64,000 nt of DNA from Lepidodermella squamata (lineage: Eukaryota; Animalia; Gastrotricha): NCBI GenBank assembly GCA_047495785.1, contig JBLDXI010000001.1, positions 4,836,001-4,900,000 of the forward strand. Reading direction: 5' to 3'. The position numbers and the translations under genes were made by a program. The notes below the pieces were generated by a model, which saw nothing but the letters and a program-made list of their open reading frames with translations, searched no databases and was not told the origin of the DNA. Shown here in pieces: positions 26,243 to 39,206 of the stretch. How positions within the stretch are numbered: the first letter of the stretch is position 1; every line of letters begins with the position of its first letter.

Positions 26243-26391
26243 TTAAAACAGCGCTCCGCAACTTACTTGGCTATTCATAGCTTCAACACCGCAGGCAGCA
26301 TAATTATCGGCAAAGTTTTTCGACAAAGAATGTATTTTGACCTGTTAAAATGAAAGCGAAAGTAGAGGCGCGGAAGTGTCTCGATATAAAC

Positions 26392-26508
26392 CAAAGACAT
26401 AATATCAGTATAGACTGTCTGCCATGGGCTGCCATGGGCTGCCATGGGCTGCCATGGCGTTACACCCCTCTTTGAGTAGACAGTCTATACTCATATTATG
26501 CGTCTATG
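26392..26508. mobile_element. 117-bp MITE with 8-bp TSD (P- or hAT-like) containing a (gccatgggct) tandem repeat
   Basis: TSD atataaac at 26384-26391 and 26509-26516; TIR ca(a/t)agac..ataatat.agtatagactgtct; absent from the homologous intron of copy 4. Confidence 0.8.
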
Positions 26509-28609
26509 ATATAAACTCACGAGTGAAGTTCCCTTCGGACACAAGCTGTAACAAACATGGCCAGTTGTTGCACTATAGCATTGAGCTGCTTGCTGTGGAG
26601 ATGAACAGCATTCACTACCAGAAGACATTTTTGCAGAGCAAGAAACAAACCCATGACATGCAGTTCTGCTTGTTGCTGAAAATGACCAGCGAGCGATCAG
26701 GCCACTCTGTGGCGTCGTCGCAGCCAGAGCTCACCGGGCGGCAGGTCGTGAACTCGCGTTTAGGCGTCGACTTGAAGCACCGAATGTGAGCCTGGTAATC
26801 CTCAGGAAGCGATACTGTAAAACAAATAAAAGAGGATGAGTCTCCACCAGTTTGATAGGTGTTCCACAACTTGAACCAGCCGATCACAGCTTGAAATTGG
26901 AGTGCTGAGCCACTTCGGCAACAACCTGTTTTGAAGAAGAGATGTGAGGGCGAAATGAAACTAAAACGGCAATTTCCCAATCGTTGGAATTTGATTATTT
27001 CAACTAGCGTACCGTTATTTGGGGTGAAAGGGGAGCTCTGGGCGATTAGGCCGAAGAAGGTTTTTCGGTTTAATTTGTATATTGTCAAAATTCAAAATCG
27101 CCATTGTTTCAAGTAGTAAGTTAATCTTTGACCCACAAAACACTAGTTGCAAAAAATCTAATGGATCGCACGACCATAATGTTTCATCCGGTAGTCATAG
27201 CAACTATCAATTGGCCAATCACCTCGCTTTGAGGAGAAGCTTTGGAAATTTGTTTCTCATTAGCCATTGGATATTTTACTAAGCGGTTCGCGCTGGGATG
27301 TGTCTTTTAGGGTTCCCACAAAATCTCGCGATCACGCATGATCTATGAGACATTATTGATCGTTTTGGAGCTGAAAATGGCGGAGTAGGGTAAATCGATC
27401 ACGTCGAGCAAATATTCAAATAAAATAAAATTGTAATTTGTTGCCACTGCCCAGCTCGCCCCAAATGACGTTCCCCGACTAAATTTGTAATGTCCCGCGA
27501 TATATCAGTGAAAATAAGCGTAAGAAAACCGTGTTGTTCGGGCATGGAATTTCAAACGGCACGCATGCGGCTATCTTTTGCGTGTTGCTCTCGTAACACT
27601 GCGTGAAAGGCGCATTCTGAAATGAACCCATAGACAAAAAATGTGATTATAAAATTCAATAGTCAGGCCTCACCTTAAATTTCGCTAGTTCTTTATTGCA
27701 ATAATCTAAATTGTCGGCCAGCAAATTCCTCTTAAATTCCTCTTAAACGGGGCCTGCGACACGACAAACCGTGCGCTCGCGACGATTTCTATTTTCTATG
27801 TGCGCGCCCGACCGTTCAACGCGCGCATTGTTTCGAGCTCGGCTTTGTGAATAGTAGCCACGACAGTCGCGCGCGGCACTGATTCGACGCCCGCTACACG
27901 CGACTTTGTCGTGAGTTAGTGAACACAGGCGCGATTGTCGCGTGCAAAAGCGTGACTGTCGCGCACTCAAGTTGTCGCGCGCGACAAATCGCGCATTGGT
28001 GAATCAAGCTTTACCCTTATAATAGGTTTTTAAAATCTACTGATTGTGAGGGTTGAATGGTCGAGTGGTTCAGAAGCGTCATCAGAACTTGAGTGTTCTG
28101 ATGAGCGACGGTTCGATTCCTCATGAAGAAGCATTTTTTTTGCTTCGCATTAAATTTTGTTAATTTTTTTGGCAGTTGTAGCAGTCTTGAGAGGGCGGCA
28201 TAACTAAAATACATAACATGTATGTGTGAGAGAGCCCTTTATGGCAATATGACCTGCCTCACGGAGTTACCTAGTTGATTCTTCTTGATCAAACTCAACT
28301 AGGGAACCATTTTTGATTTATCGGGTAGTTAACTAGGCCTTTTTGATTCGACAGCTACTTGCGTTGTAACTCCCGCAGCTACTAACATTATTCAAATGAC
28401 AATTTTTCTCAAAAGGAAAAACAAAATGTATGTCTTTCAATAATCGCAAAATACTTGTAGGATACCGTAACGCGATACGGTGATATGGTATGATTCCAAA
28501 CAAATTTCTTATTATTTCATCAGTGATAAATAATAGGTATACATGACCATAATCACAGCCATAATCACATTCGCATATATCGCTATGGCAGCTCAGACTA
28601 GAAAAAAGT

Positions 28610-30589
28610 TCACACATCGACAAATTGCTCACAAACATATCCGGTATATTCGTCGTACCAGCAAGACGCGTCGTTCAAATACAGAACAAAATTGTCTTCG
28701 GGGCCATATGGAAAGTACGATACGCAATCGCCATCACCACTAGGCTCATCCGGGCCCCACATGCCAGCAAACGGGACAAATGGAGAGCCGTCGATCCATT
28801 GCAAAGTCTTCTGCGGCACAGCGATCGGCCGTTTGATAGCGAGACCCGTCCAGAATGTCGGGCTGTAAGAAAGAAGGTGCCGAATAGATTCTTGTTCTTC
28901 GGGCGTCTTGACAGTCGCCAACAGGCCGGAGCGGTTGAGACAGCCAGCATTTGCAGTGTCCCAATCAACGCTCTCCTCAACGAAAATGTACTGCTTCGTT
29001 GCACCGAGACAGCGAGATTCGTTGGCGAACACTACGTCGATCGGGTGCTGAATTTCATCCGGGTTGCATCTGGTTATGTTTGAACGGCAAGATACGACGC
29101 CACCGTTCAGAACTGCGACACAGCGAACGAAACCAGGCTTCAAGGGAAAAAGATGATGTAGAAGCAGTGACAATCAAAATAATAGAACGGGTTTTGCGAG
29201 TTATCCCTGTACAAGTTCCTCGCCTCGGTTTTGAAATATATAATTCATTTATTCTGATAATTGGCATGGCTATTTCATTTCCTCGTCTGCGGATTATTCA
29301 GCCAAATCTAAGTTACCACGAATCTCACCTGGCTGCGCTTTGCTTCCTCACGGCAAGCAGCATAGTTTTCGGCAAAGCTTCTCGACACCCGGTGAATTTT
29401 GACCTGTTCGCATATTACAAAACAAAAAGAACTATTCGCGAGGAAAAAGAATTAAACTCACCAGAGAAGTACCTTTTGGGCAATCGCTGTAGCATTGATG
29501 GCCGGTTGTTGCGCTGTAGCATTGAACAGCTTGCTGCTCAGAATGTTCACAATTCTTGCATTACGAGGCTTTATAAAATAACAAACAAACCCATGACATG
29601 CAGTAGCTCTTGGTGCTGAACGTTATCAGCGGTCGATACTCGGGATGTTCGTGAGCATCGTCGCAGCCATCACTCGCCGGGCGGCAGGTTGTGAATTTCC
29701 GATCTGAGGTTGACTCGAAGCACCGAATGTGCGGCTGGTAATCTGCCGATGGTGAAACTACGCCAAAAATGCTTTTAAATAGTTTTGTGAATAAATTGAA
29801 TTAAATCTTAACATCTTGAACCGGCCGCGCATTGTTGGAAACTTGGATAGACAGCTACATCCGCTGTCTAGATAATACAGCTTTGCGTGTAAAAACTTAG
29901 TAGAATGAACTAGACAAACCGTGTTTTGCGGACATTGGTTCTCCCTCGGAACACATGCCGCTATCGTCTGAGCTCCACTGAAATAGCAGCGTGTAAATGG
30001 CTCAAACTATTCGTGGGAGTGGTTCAATGTTATGTAACTCAAATGCGAATCATGGAATCACCAGGATGTTGCTAGCTGCTCTATGGCACTCAGCCATGTT
30101 ATCGGTGAGCAACCAATTGTTCGGGTAATCTCTAGCCTGTCGGCAATAGCAGCAACTCATTTTCTAGTAAATTCAACGATATCTCAAATATTTACGTCTA
30201 TCTCATCCGATCGGCACCCTAGCTCGTTTGGATTGCAGTAGGCATAAGCGACAGGGTACTTGAAGCACAATCTCGCTTTCTAATGTTAACATGAGTATAA
30301 TCTATTTCAGTTGAAATATAAATCCCATGCATGACAGACCCCTTGATTACAGGCGGCTAGTGACGTGAAATTGCCGATGATCTAATAACAATTGATAGCT
30401 GACTTCAGAAGTGGATAAATCGAGGAATACCTGATACTCGCTGATAGGATCGCAGGTAGCTGAACCGGACAGACGACAGCCTTTGAAAGAGTTGTCACGT
30501 TGGGACAAGCAGCGAAACCATGTTTCACCCAGGCAATGCCCCACGTGGAAAATTATCGCAGGAATGATGAGCGATATAACAAATCGCAT
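28610..30589 (-). CDS. Secreted modular protein copy 2: signal peptide + six 4-Cys modules + C-type lectin domain, ~10 exons
   Basis: Exons splice in frame: MRFVISLII..RCLSQRDNSFKGC.. / IIGNFTSLAAC / KARLCFKY.. / ..DNMAEC / FTRCYF..CVP..CPQNT / TADVAVYPSFQQC / HIRCFE..CRP..GC..YCMSW / QAVQCY..CYSDCP / ..NYAAC / PGFVRC..CTLD. Confidence 0.8.
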
Positions 30590-31334
30590 CGTGATGGTTT
30601 TATGCTTTAAAAGTTCGATGAATTATAATGAATTATACCTAAGTAACTTCATTCCTAAATGCGCATGGTATGGAGAAACTGAATTTCTCTATGGCTGCAT
30701 CAACATTTTTAAGATGGAATTTTATTTCAATTCATGCTATTTTCACAGGGGCATGCCTCTTTAACACTCCAAAAAGTGACTCCAGATAGTGCGCATGTAG
30801 GAGTTGGGATTGCTCTATGGCTTTCCATGGAAAAATCCATTTTCGGGGGAAATTGGATTTCTCCATGGCTAGTACTCCCTATTATTCCCTACAATTTATA
30901 ATAACAATGTATTAAAATTTATTATAAAATCCACGTTACACTTTTCTATTCGCGCCATTCGGGGACGTCATGTTGTTTTTTTAAACGCGCAACGAGCCGG
31001 AAACTTCGCGCAGCTGGCACGCGTTTTTATCGGAACCGTGACTTTTTCCAGGCTCACTTGAGTACATAGACATAATTTAGGATAGACTGCTTACTCACGC
31101 CTCCGCTTAGGTGGTTTGCACCCAGAGGTAGACCTCGAACCAGATGGATCAACGGAGTGCATAGAAGCCTAATTAAAGTAGGTCTTACTAAGGAAATTCG
31201 CCGGAAAAAGAAAATAAAAAATAGTGAGGATAAGAAAAGTAAAACCACTAAGAAGCGAGAAAATAGAAAAAACCGCGGCGAAAAGGATTCTGAAATCAAA
31301 ATTATTTCCGTCGCCCAACTAGCGGAATCGGTTT

Positions 31335-33600
31335 CTTTATTATTTATTTATTTATTTATTTCAAAGCTATGACGCCCAAGAGAGAGCAGCTTGACAATAG
31401 TGAATTGAAAATGAAACAGATAATTGCAGGACAGGTTACAGAGGTATAGGACATTGGCAAATGATGAAATAAAAAATGTTATTAAGTGCATATAGCAAGA
31501 GTGAGCGATTGAACAATGCTGAGGATTAAGTAAAATAACAAAATCATAATAACATCACAACAAAGCTGCATCGCAGCATTATAAAAATATATAGTGTATC
31601 GAATTTATCATAGGCCTAAACCAGTGGAATTTCTTTCTTAAAAATAAGCATAAACATTTGAGCGGCACGCTTCAGCTGACTCAGCATTTTGAGCTTCGGC
31701 AGGCAGTTTATTCCAGAGATCGGGACCGCGATAGCTAAGGCTCAACGTGCCACGAACTGAAGAATACGTCGGCTTGAACATTGGCTCAGTGTTACGTGTT
31801 GAGTAGCTGCCGACCGGGTTCAGCTGGAAAAGTGTTTGAATTGCAGCCGGTGCTTGTTTATTCAGGCAATTGCGGATGAATGCCGCCAAATGGATGGCGT
31901 GGTTCTGTTGAACGTTGACCCAGCCGAGTCGATGTCGAAGAGGCTCCGCATCTGCGAGTGAGTGAGCGCCGCATATGATTCGGACGGCACGATCTTGCGT
32001 TGACTGAAGCTTTGCTAGAGTAGTCGGTGCTGCCTGACCTAAGGTTAGATCACCGTAATTGATATGGCTGAATATCAAGCCATTGGCCATCATGATGGGA
32101 GTTTTTCGGTCGACGAATTTCGCAGCTAATTTGAGGGCATACAATCCCCGTCGAGCCTTGCTCTTTGCACCTTTGATATGCTTTTTGAAGGAAAGTTTGC
32201 AGTCAATGGTGAAGCCCAGAGTGATCATAACGTTTGATGGTCCGATAACTGTGTCGCCGATAGTGATGGAAAAATCCGGCGCGGATGGCATAGCACATTT
32301 CAAAAGCAAAACTGCGACTTTTTCCCATTAACTGCCAAAGAGTTGCTGCTGAGCCATGGGCAAACACGATTCATCTCTTGTTGTAGAACTGATCGTAATT
32401 CATTGACATTTCTGCTTGAAAAGTAAATTGTGATATCGTCGGCGTATTGCTTTATTCTGCACCGAGTAACAACTGCTGACAATTCGTTGACGTAAACCGT
32501 AAACATTAGGGGTCCAAGTACGGATCCCTGTGGAACGCCGAGATTCACCGATTCGAATGAAGACAATTCGTTGTTGACCTTAGTTGCTTGTTGGCGACCT
32601 TGAAGGTAGTTTTCTATCAGTTGCAATGCCGACGGTGATAGGCCGGCGCTACGAAAAGATTCGATAATGCCCTCGTGGTTGAGTGTATCGAAAGCCTTCG
32701 ATAAGTCGATAGAAACAGCAGCAACAACCTTGCCATTACACATAGATTGCTGCCAATCCTCAGTGAACTCAGCTACGCAAGTGTCAGTTGAGTGCTTTTC
32801 TCGGAAGCCATGCTGCGATGGCGACGGCGAGAGATGAGCTTTTAGTTGAAAAGCTAAGCATCGTTCGAACGTTCGAGCAACCGGCGATGTGATAGAGATC
32901 GGGCGATAGTTGGCGACATCTGTTCTATTTCCTGACTTGTGAAGAGGGGTCACAATTGATGCTTTCCAATCCCTAAGAAAAACTTGTTCAGAGATTCCCA
33001 TGTTGAAAAGGGGAAAGGGTTGACTTAGCCAACAACGCCATCGGAACGCCATCGTAACCAGTAGTCGATTTGTAAGAAAGCTTGTCGATTGCCGTCTCAA
33101 CTTCGATCAAAGACAAAAATCTGAAGTCGAAGCATTGATATCCTGTGCGACGTCTGGCATAGTTGAGGCTAGCTGAGAGCGCCTTGGCGACCTTCTCACC
33201 GGCGTGCGCAAAGAAGACGTTGAATTCATTTGCTTTCATCAATGACTTCTCCTTGTCCAGGTCTTGAAACGAACCACGAGATTAGGTTTCGGTCGGAATT
33301 CGCCAATAACGCGCCATATTTTCCGAGGATCTCGACCAGCTTCTTTGACTCGCTTGCAGTATTTGGCACGTCGAATCTTGCGCCGTAGTCTTTGCCGCTG
33401 GCGACGCGAGAGATTACGATCGATAATTGGCTGCACTCGCTTTTTTGCTCGACCAGGTTTTTTGACAATCATCGGGGCGACTTCGTTAATTGTGGCCAAA
33501 ATTGCGGTTTTTAGTTTCAGCCAGTACGCCTCGCATTCAACGGGTAAGTCATCGTCGATTTTTCCCAGTTTTGCTTTTAGGCATCTTTCGAAATGCATCT
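31335..33600 (-). mobile_element. 5'-truncated, frameshifted LINE (CR1/L2-group reverse transcriptase)
   Basis: NYRPISIT, QHGFR, DLSKAFD, GVPQGSVLGP, YADD motifs over several frames; 3' UTR ending in an (AAAT)n tail at ~31335-31361. Confidence 0.92.
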
Positions 33601-33790
33601 TTATCTTTCGAAAAAGATGAATGGCGCATGGTTGTCAACTCGATTGAAAATTATGAATACTATACAAAAAGCAGAATCCTCGACTGTGGGGGTGGGTGAG
33701 GATCATTCTTCGCCTGCCTTCGCCCTCTTCAAAACCGGAAACGGTATACGACGTTCAGTCCCGAAGAGGAAAAATAAAAACATTATTATG
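33600..33790. repeat. Dispersed ~190 bp repeat, second copy at ~58345-58530
   Basis: Shared gaaaaagatgaatggcgcatg...actgtgggggtgggt...gcctgccttcgccctcttcaaaaccggaaacggta. Confidence 0.8.
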
Positions 33791-34089
33791 CTTACTCGCG
33801 AGAGAAAGGGTGCTACCCCTTGGGCGCCAGATGGTCAGCTGATTCATTAGCGCTTGGAGGTAAAGTAAACAACATATTTGATTGTTTTTTATGATAGTGA
33901 AGTTGAAATTGAATAAATGAACTTTATCACCAAAAATCTCAAGAAAAGCATGTTCGTCACCAATTTCTCAAATTTTAGCCCAATTAAACGAAGATTTTAG
34001 TAAAGTTTACCTACCCGCTCTCAAAAATGACTCATGGTTACGGAGTAACTAAAAAAGCGAGCCAAAAAACCCATCATCCGAGAGAGAAA

Positions 34090-34860
34090 ACCTTTTATTG
34101 GTATACTGTGTTATATACAAACTATAACATTGCCTTTGAGACACAGGATTATAAATTATTAAGTTTATAATTTGATGAGGTTAATTGATGAATTAATTGC
34201 TTGATTGATTGATTAGTTAGCGTCTTTGAGTAGGTTGGCTATTTGAGTAAAGATGATTATTCAGGATCCTAATGCTATCCTTAAGGATTTGATGGGCCAT
34301 ATCAACAGCTGTACTGCTGCTGATTCCGTAATCTTGAAGTAATTGGATCGCTTCTTTGGTTAGCGAGCCCCGTGTGCCGATATAAAGGCCGTGTACTTCT
34401 ATCGAGTCCAAATCAAAGGCTTCGCAGATGAACTTGCTACACGGCTCGTAGATCGAACGCTTCTCAATGTCGACATCTCCGAATTGACCTTCTGATGATT
34501 CAAATCTAATTGTGGGGTCGATGATTGCTCCATGTCTGCTTCCTCTTCGAAATGCCAATATATCAAAACGCCGAGAGGATCCGTTTTCGGCTATACAGTG
34601 TCCCTCTTCAGTGACGTTGTATCCTTGGCGTCGTAGTTCCAAAGCAATCTTCTGGCGGATTTTCTTGTGCCTCGACGTTATCAGCAGCGAGTTAAAGGGG
34701 CAGGCGCCCAGAACGTGTGCTAGGGATTCAATCTCAGCGCCGCATCGGCGGCACTGGCGTCCGTCCTGGCTGACACCCGGTACACCTCTAACTGGAGCCG
34801 TGTTAGTCGACATTTTCAAAGCCATCGTCCATTCCGCAACACTAAGTCCAAAAATAATCT
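34090..34860 (-). mobile_element. 3' fragment of a restriction-like-endonuclease non-LTR retrotransposon (R2/NeSL/Utopia group)
   Basis: CCHC knuckle CRRCGAEIESLAHVLGAC, RH motif, RRFDIL...IIDPT...EK..Y endonuclease motif, then a 3' UTR. Confidence 0.85.
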
Positions 34861-34869
34861 AAAAATAAT

Positions 34870-35165
34870 CAGCCATTAATAATGAATAGTAGGCAATAGG
34901 CGTAGGCGAGCGAGTACGTGAAGCCCAACCGTGCTGTCTGCCGAAAAAAATAACAGAGAAAAAATGTTAATAAAAAATGGTGGGTCATCAAACCCTTCGA
35001 TAGCAGCCAGGTAACGACGTGTAGCTGCCTTGAATCTTTGAAAAAAGCAAGTTTTAATTTCAAATGCCCAATTGCCGTTCACCGTATCTGATACTCTCTG
35101 AGCGAGTCGACGGCAGCCTTTGTAAGAGTTGTCGCGTCATGATGAAGCAGCGAATCCAAGTCTCG
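34870..35165 (-). pseudogene. Relic of the first three exons of another modular-lectin copy
   Basis: RDNSYKGCRR, IQGSYTSLPGCY and ARLGFTYSLAYAYC align with exons 1-3 of copies 2 and 4; ends at the retroelement boundary. Confidence 0.65.
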
Positions 35166-37002
35166 ATTTTATTCATTTTGATTCGCCCTTAGTCTGACTT
35201 TTTTTTGCTTTTTACGAGGCTTGAGAAAGTCCAATTTTTATAGAATATTTCAGAACATTCGCGGAAATTCGCCAGAGAAATATTGAGTTTTCGAAATGTG
35301 TCAAAATTTACTGAAAAAATTGCAATTTTAGCCGTCAACTGGCAATTTTTTTAAATCCAAATTATCAATTTATTTCCGAATTTAGAGCAGGAATCCCTAA
35401 TTTCGGCAAGGAATCCCTAAAAATACTTTTCCAGCCAGGTGAATTTGTAGAATGTTATCACACGATCACACGCATTCTTAAGCAAATGAGTCAGCAGTTA
35501 GATTCTGTTAGCTTTGAGCTCACCTAATTAAGTCTACTTATATCGACTGGAAATTAGTCATTTTTTTTTAATTTTTTTTCACCTCTTTGAAAAAATGTTC
35601 ATTTGCTTGTTCATGTCCGTTCACCTTGTGTCAAAAAAGTTCATCTCCGTTCATCAGTTTCGTGCCGATATGGGATATTTGGCAAATACAGAAATATATA
35701 GGATTTCTTGGGCTATGGAATGCCGCAAGTCCGGACAATTTTGCATTGAGTTATGGCTAAATTGTGGTCACCTAGACTCCTGGCTCATGCTACTGGCCAG
35801 AATTAGGGAACCGGGTGCCCTAATTTCGGCCACCTCATCCAGTTACGCTAATACCTGAAGTTTGAGCTCAGCACTAGAAAATTTCTCAAGTTAGGTTAGA
35901 ATTTAGGAATTCCTGCTCGTGAAAAAGAATAGCGTGAAAAAATGCGCCAAATAAGGTTGATATTATAACCGATCGAACTGAGACTGATGGCTTAGATCAT
36001 ACGTTTTTACCGATTTTGTTTATTATCTTAACACTTTCAATCTCTCAGCATAATATTATAGAGTTTCATCCTCCCATCAGCTATAAAAAAACGCTTCTCA
36101 CTGAATCAGACAAATCGCTCGCACATTTAGCCGGGATACGAGCCAGAGCCACACGGCGCGTTATTTAAGCGCATGTTGACAGTCTGGTTAGGCCACACCT
36201 GGTAAGAAAAGCACTCGCCATCGCCGCTCGGCTCGCGAGGACCCCATGGGATGATATTCGCAACAAACGGCGAACCGTCAATCCACTGCATAGTTTTCCG
36301 CGAGTACACGAGCGGCCGCATGTAAGCCAGGCCGAGCCAGGTCGTTCGATTTTTCGCAAGCAGCAGGTAGTCGGCGGCCTCTTCAACTGTCTTAACAGTC
36401 GCCAACAGGCCGGACTGGCTGACGCAGTCTGCATTGGCGTTGTCCCAAATCATACGCCCTTAGCGACGAAGAAATTCAGGCACAGAGTTTCATTTGCGAA
36501 AACGATGCCGACCGGGTGGGTTATCTCGTCAGCGGTGCAACCGGTTGTGTTTGACCTGCAAGTCACGGCCCCGCCATTCACCAAGTCGACGCACCGAACG
36601 TAACCGGGCTAGGTTCAAACGAGATTTCTCCTCAACCCTGCGGATATAGAGACAAAATACAGAGGATATCCATGAGTCTTGTCTTTCAAATGACGCCATT
36701 AAAAACGGATACCGTATTTGTTCTAATAGTAGCCCGTCCACTAATAATCGCCCATCCCCAATAGTAAGCCCAATAGTAGGGTTCAATTCGGTTCGAAAAC
36801 ATCAAAAATGAACGATTCACCGAAAAAATTATTTTTTGAAATTTTCAAAATTTCGAGGTTGAAATTTTAGTTGCCCGGGCTGCTATAGGAAGAAGTATGC
36901 GCATAGGCGTATACGCAACATAGGTAAGTATGCGACGAATGGTCCAACTTCTTCGCAGGCTTGTCCCGTGACCCAAAATTACTAACTTTTCCTAACTTGC
37001 CG

Positions 37003-37405
37003 CGGTTGGCTCTTTCAAAATGTTTTTGAAAATTTTGAAAAAATTAGTTTATCCACGTTGAGAATTTTCTCTATTTGACGATATAAAATTTGTCGGGTAG
37101 ATAATTTGTTTCGATTTTCCGATTTTTTCTCCGATCAAAAATTATTATTTGCTGGAATATTTCTGAACAAAGCAACGCTGTGAGAGAATTGGAAAAAATT
37201 TTGGGAAAAAAAATAAGAAGGAAAAAATACTAATCGTGACTTGGGCGGCCTTTCTGAACCACACTGTATGCACGGCCGAAACAAATCGGAAAATCGAAAC
37301 AAATTATTTACCCGACAAATTTTATATCGTCAAATAGAGAAAAAAGTCAATGTGGATAAACTAATTTTTTCAAAAGAATCAAAAATTTCGAAACAGCCAA
37401 CCCGG
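37003..37405. repeat. ~130-bp inverted repeat with ~130-bp spacer (fold-back)
   Basis: tctctatttgacgatataaaatttgtcgggta.ataatttgtttcgattttccgatt versus aatcggaaaatcgaaacaaattat.tacccgacaaattttatatcgtcaaatagaga. Confidence 0.85.
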
Positions 37406-37871
37406 CAGAATTTTGCCGAAAATCACCTTTTTAGCGAATTTTAGAAAATTATTCATAAAGGAACCAAGTGTGTATCATTAGATAGAGGGCCGCTTCTAGT
37501 ATTTATGAGCAGAAATTAAAAAAATAAAACGAGGTACCTGCGGCTTTTTGTTGTTGTTTAAATTAATTAAATTATAATGGGCGGATAGGTGGCCTAAAAA
37601 GTGGTCGCGTGCTGTCTTTTTTGCAATAACAGCTCGAATAAATTCACTATGGAAAGATTGTTAGTTTCCTATCTGTTAGTGTTGTCTATGCTACGGAGAA
37701 TTCAAAAAGATGCCAACTGACCCCGACATTTTTCAAACTCCATAATATCTTAATGAGAACAGCACAATTTACTTTTGAGGGTTCGGGTCCCTCGTCGCGC
37801 ATTTTGGTTTTTTTTTAGGTTTTTTTCTCTTAAATCCGCTCACAAATTGTATCTCGCCTTAATGTGAACTT

Positions 37872-38744
37872 CGTGTCCCCTATTTTCCGCTAAAACCTTT
37901 CCGCTAAATTAATTCCGCTAACATTTTCTCCGCTTTTTTTCATTTCCGCCAATGGATTTTCCGCCAGTGCATTTCCGCTTACTTGGACTTCCGCTGGTAG
38001 CAGTTCCGCCAACTGATTTCCGCTAATATTTTTTCGAATTACCATACAAGTAACTTGTTAAATTTCAGTTTCTTCGTATTTGTTATCACCAAAAGATTAG
38101 ATCAGAAAATTGATCGCAGTGGCCAATCAACTGGTTTTGGCAATTAAATTTCCGCAAAAATGGTTTAGGCTTCGCAATAAACTACGCAAAATTCAAGGTT
38201 TAAAAAAATTCGAACATGATAAAGAGCAAATTGCGATATAGATCAATCGGACTCATTTGAAGGAAATCGAATCCTAGCTCCGTTTATATTCTGAGCCGTC
38301 ATCGACTTCCATGGCGGCGCCTAGCGTAGGGTTTCCGGGGAGAGCTTCGACTGGCCCGTCGAGCTCTTGAATAAAATCGGCGAAAACTTGACGGCGAGAT
38401 TTATAGTATAACAATAATTTGAAACTTAATTTGATGTCGCATCAATTAATGCATGATTAACTCGCTCAGTTCTTATTAGTTCGTAATCAGTTCGTCTTCT
38501 CCGTTCGCTTAATGATTATTATTTTGTTAATCAAATTTATTGAAGCTCATGGCAAATTTTGAAATGTTAAAATTATGACTTTCAGTCCTAGCACTTTATA
38601 AGTTAAGCGGAAATATCTCAGCGGAAAATTATTGTAGCGGAAATCAACTTGGCGGAAATGTCACTTGGCGTAAACTCGATTAGCGGAAATTGTTTTAGCG
38701 GAAATGCTGTGGCGGAAAAACTTTAGCGGGAAAGAGGGAGAACC
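37872..38744. mobile_element. Non-autonomous fold-back DNA element with arrays of subterminal TTCCGC motifs and 8-bp TSD
   Basis: TSD gtgaactt at 37864-37871 and 38745-38752; ~10 (t)tccgc motifs at left and ~8 gcgga(a) at right. Confidence 0.75.
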
Positions 38745-39026
38745 GTGAACTTTGACCCCAATCTAAATATTCACACTGAGCTGTCCGAAATTAGCCCGAT
38801 CAGTTTTCCTTTAATACCTGTACAGGAATAATTATTTTTTTACCGGAGTTGATACTAGAGTATGCAGTTTTTCAAGGCGCATCTTTTGACTTCAAGCCCG
38901 TCAAAAAATTCGTTTACCTCGAAAAACGAAGCCCGAAAAACACGTTTTTGTCCGAAATAAGACCGGCTCACGGTATTACTCTATAATGGTATAATCTGTG
39001 AATAAGACGGTCGCATATGCGAAATA

Positions 39027-39206
39027 CAGGGTGGCCAAAAAATTCCGCAGAGCGGGAATTTGCTGCGCATCATTTTAATGAGGAGTTTCAAGAAATTGAG
39101 GAGTTCCATTGGCAAAAGAATGCTTGAAATTCTTCAACTTCTTAAGACTCCTCATTAAATTGATGCGCAGCAAATTCCCGCTCTGCGGAATTTTGTGGCC
39201 ACCCTG
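39027..39206. mobile_element. 180-bp palindromic Tc1/mariner MITE
   Basis: TA|CAGGGTGGCC...GGCCACCCTG|TA with near-complete internal palindrome. Confidence 0.9.

Larger units (their letters stand above)
25137..27730 (-). pseudogene. Modular C-type lectin copy 1, apparently 5'-truncated (signal peptide and first exons not found)
   Basis: Intact terminal exon 25664-25137 (CTLD, WIDGS, EPSGDGDC, LNDAPC) and middle exons homologous to copy 4. Homology stops near 27730 at a duplicated aaattcctctt followed by unrelated GC-rich DNA. Confidence 0.65.

Noticed and set aside
37880-38740. Spaced TTCCGC repeats as a CRISPR-like array
   Set aside because: Repeats are only ~6 nt, inverted at the two ends and bounded by a TSD; this is transposon subterminal structure in eukaryotic DNA.
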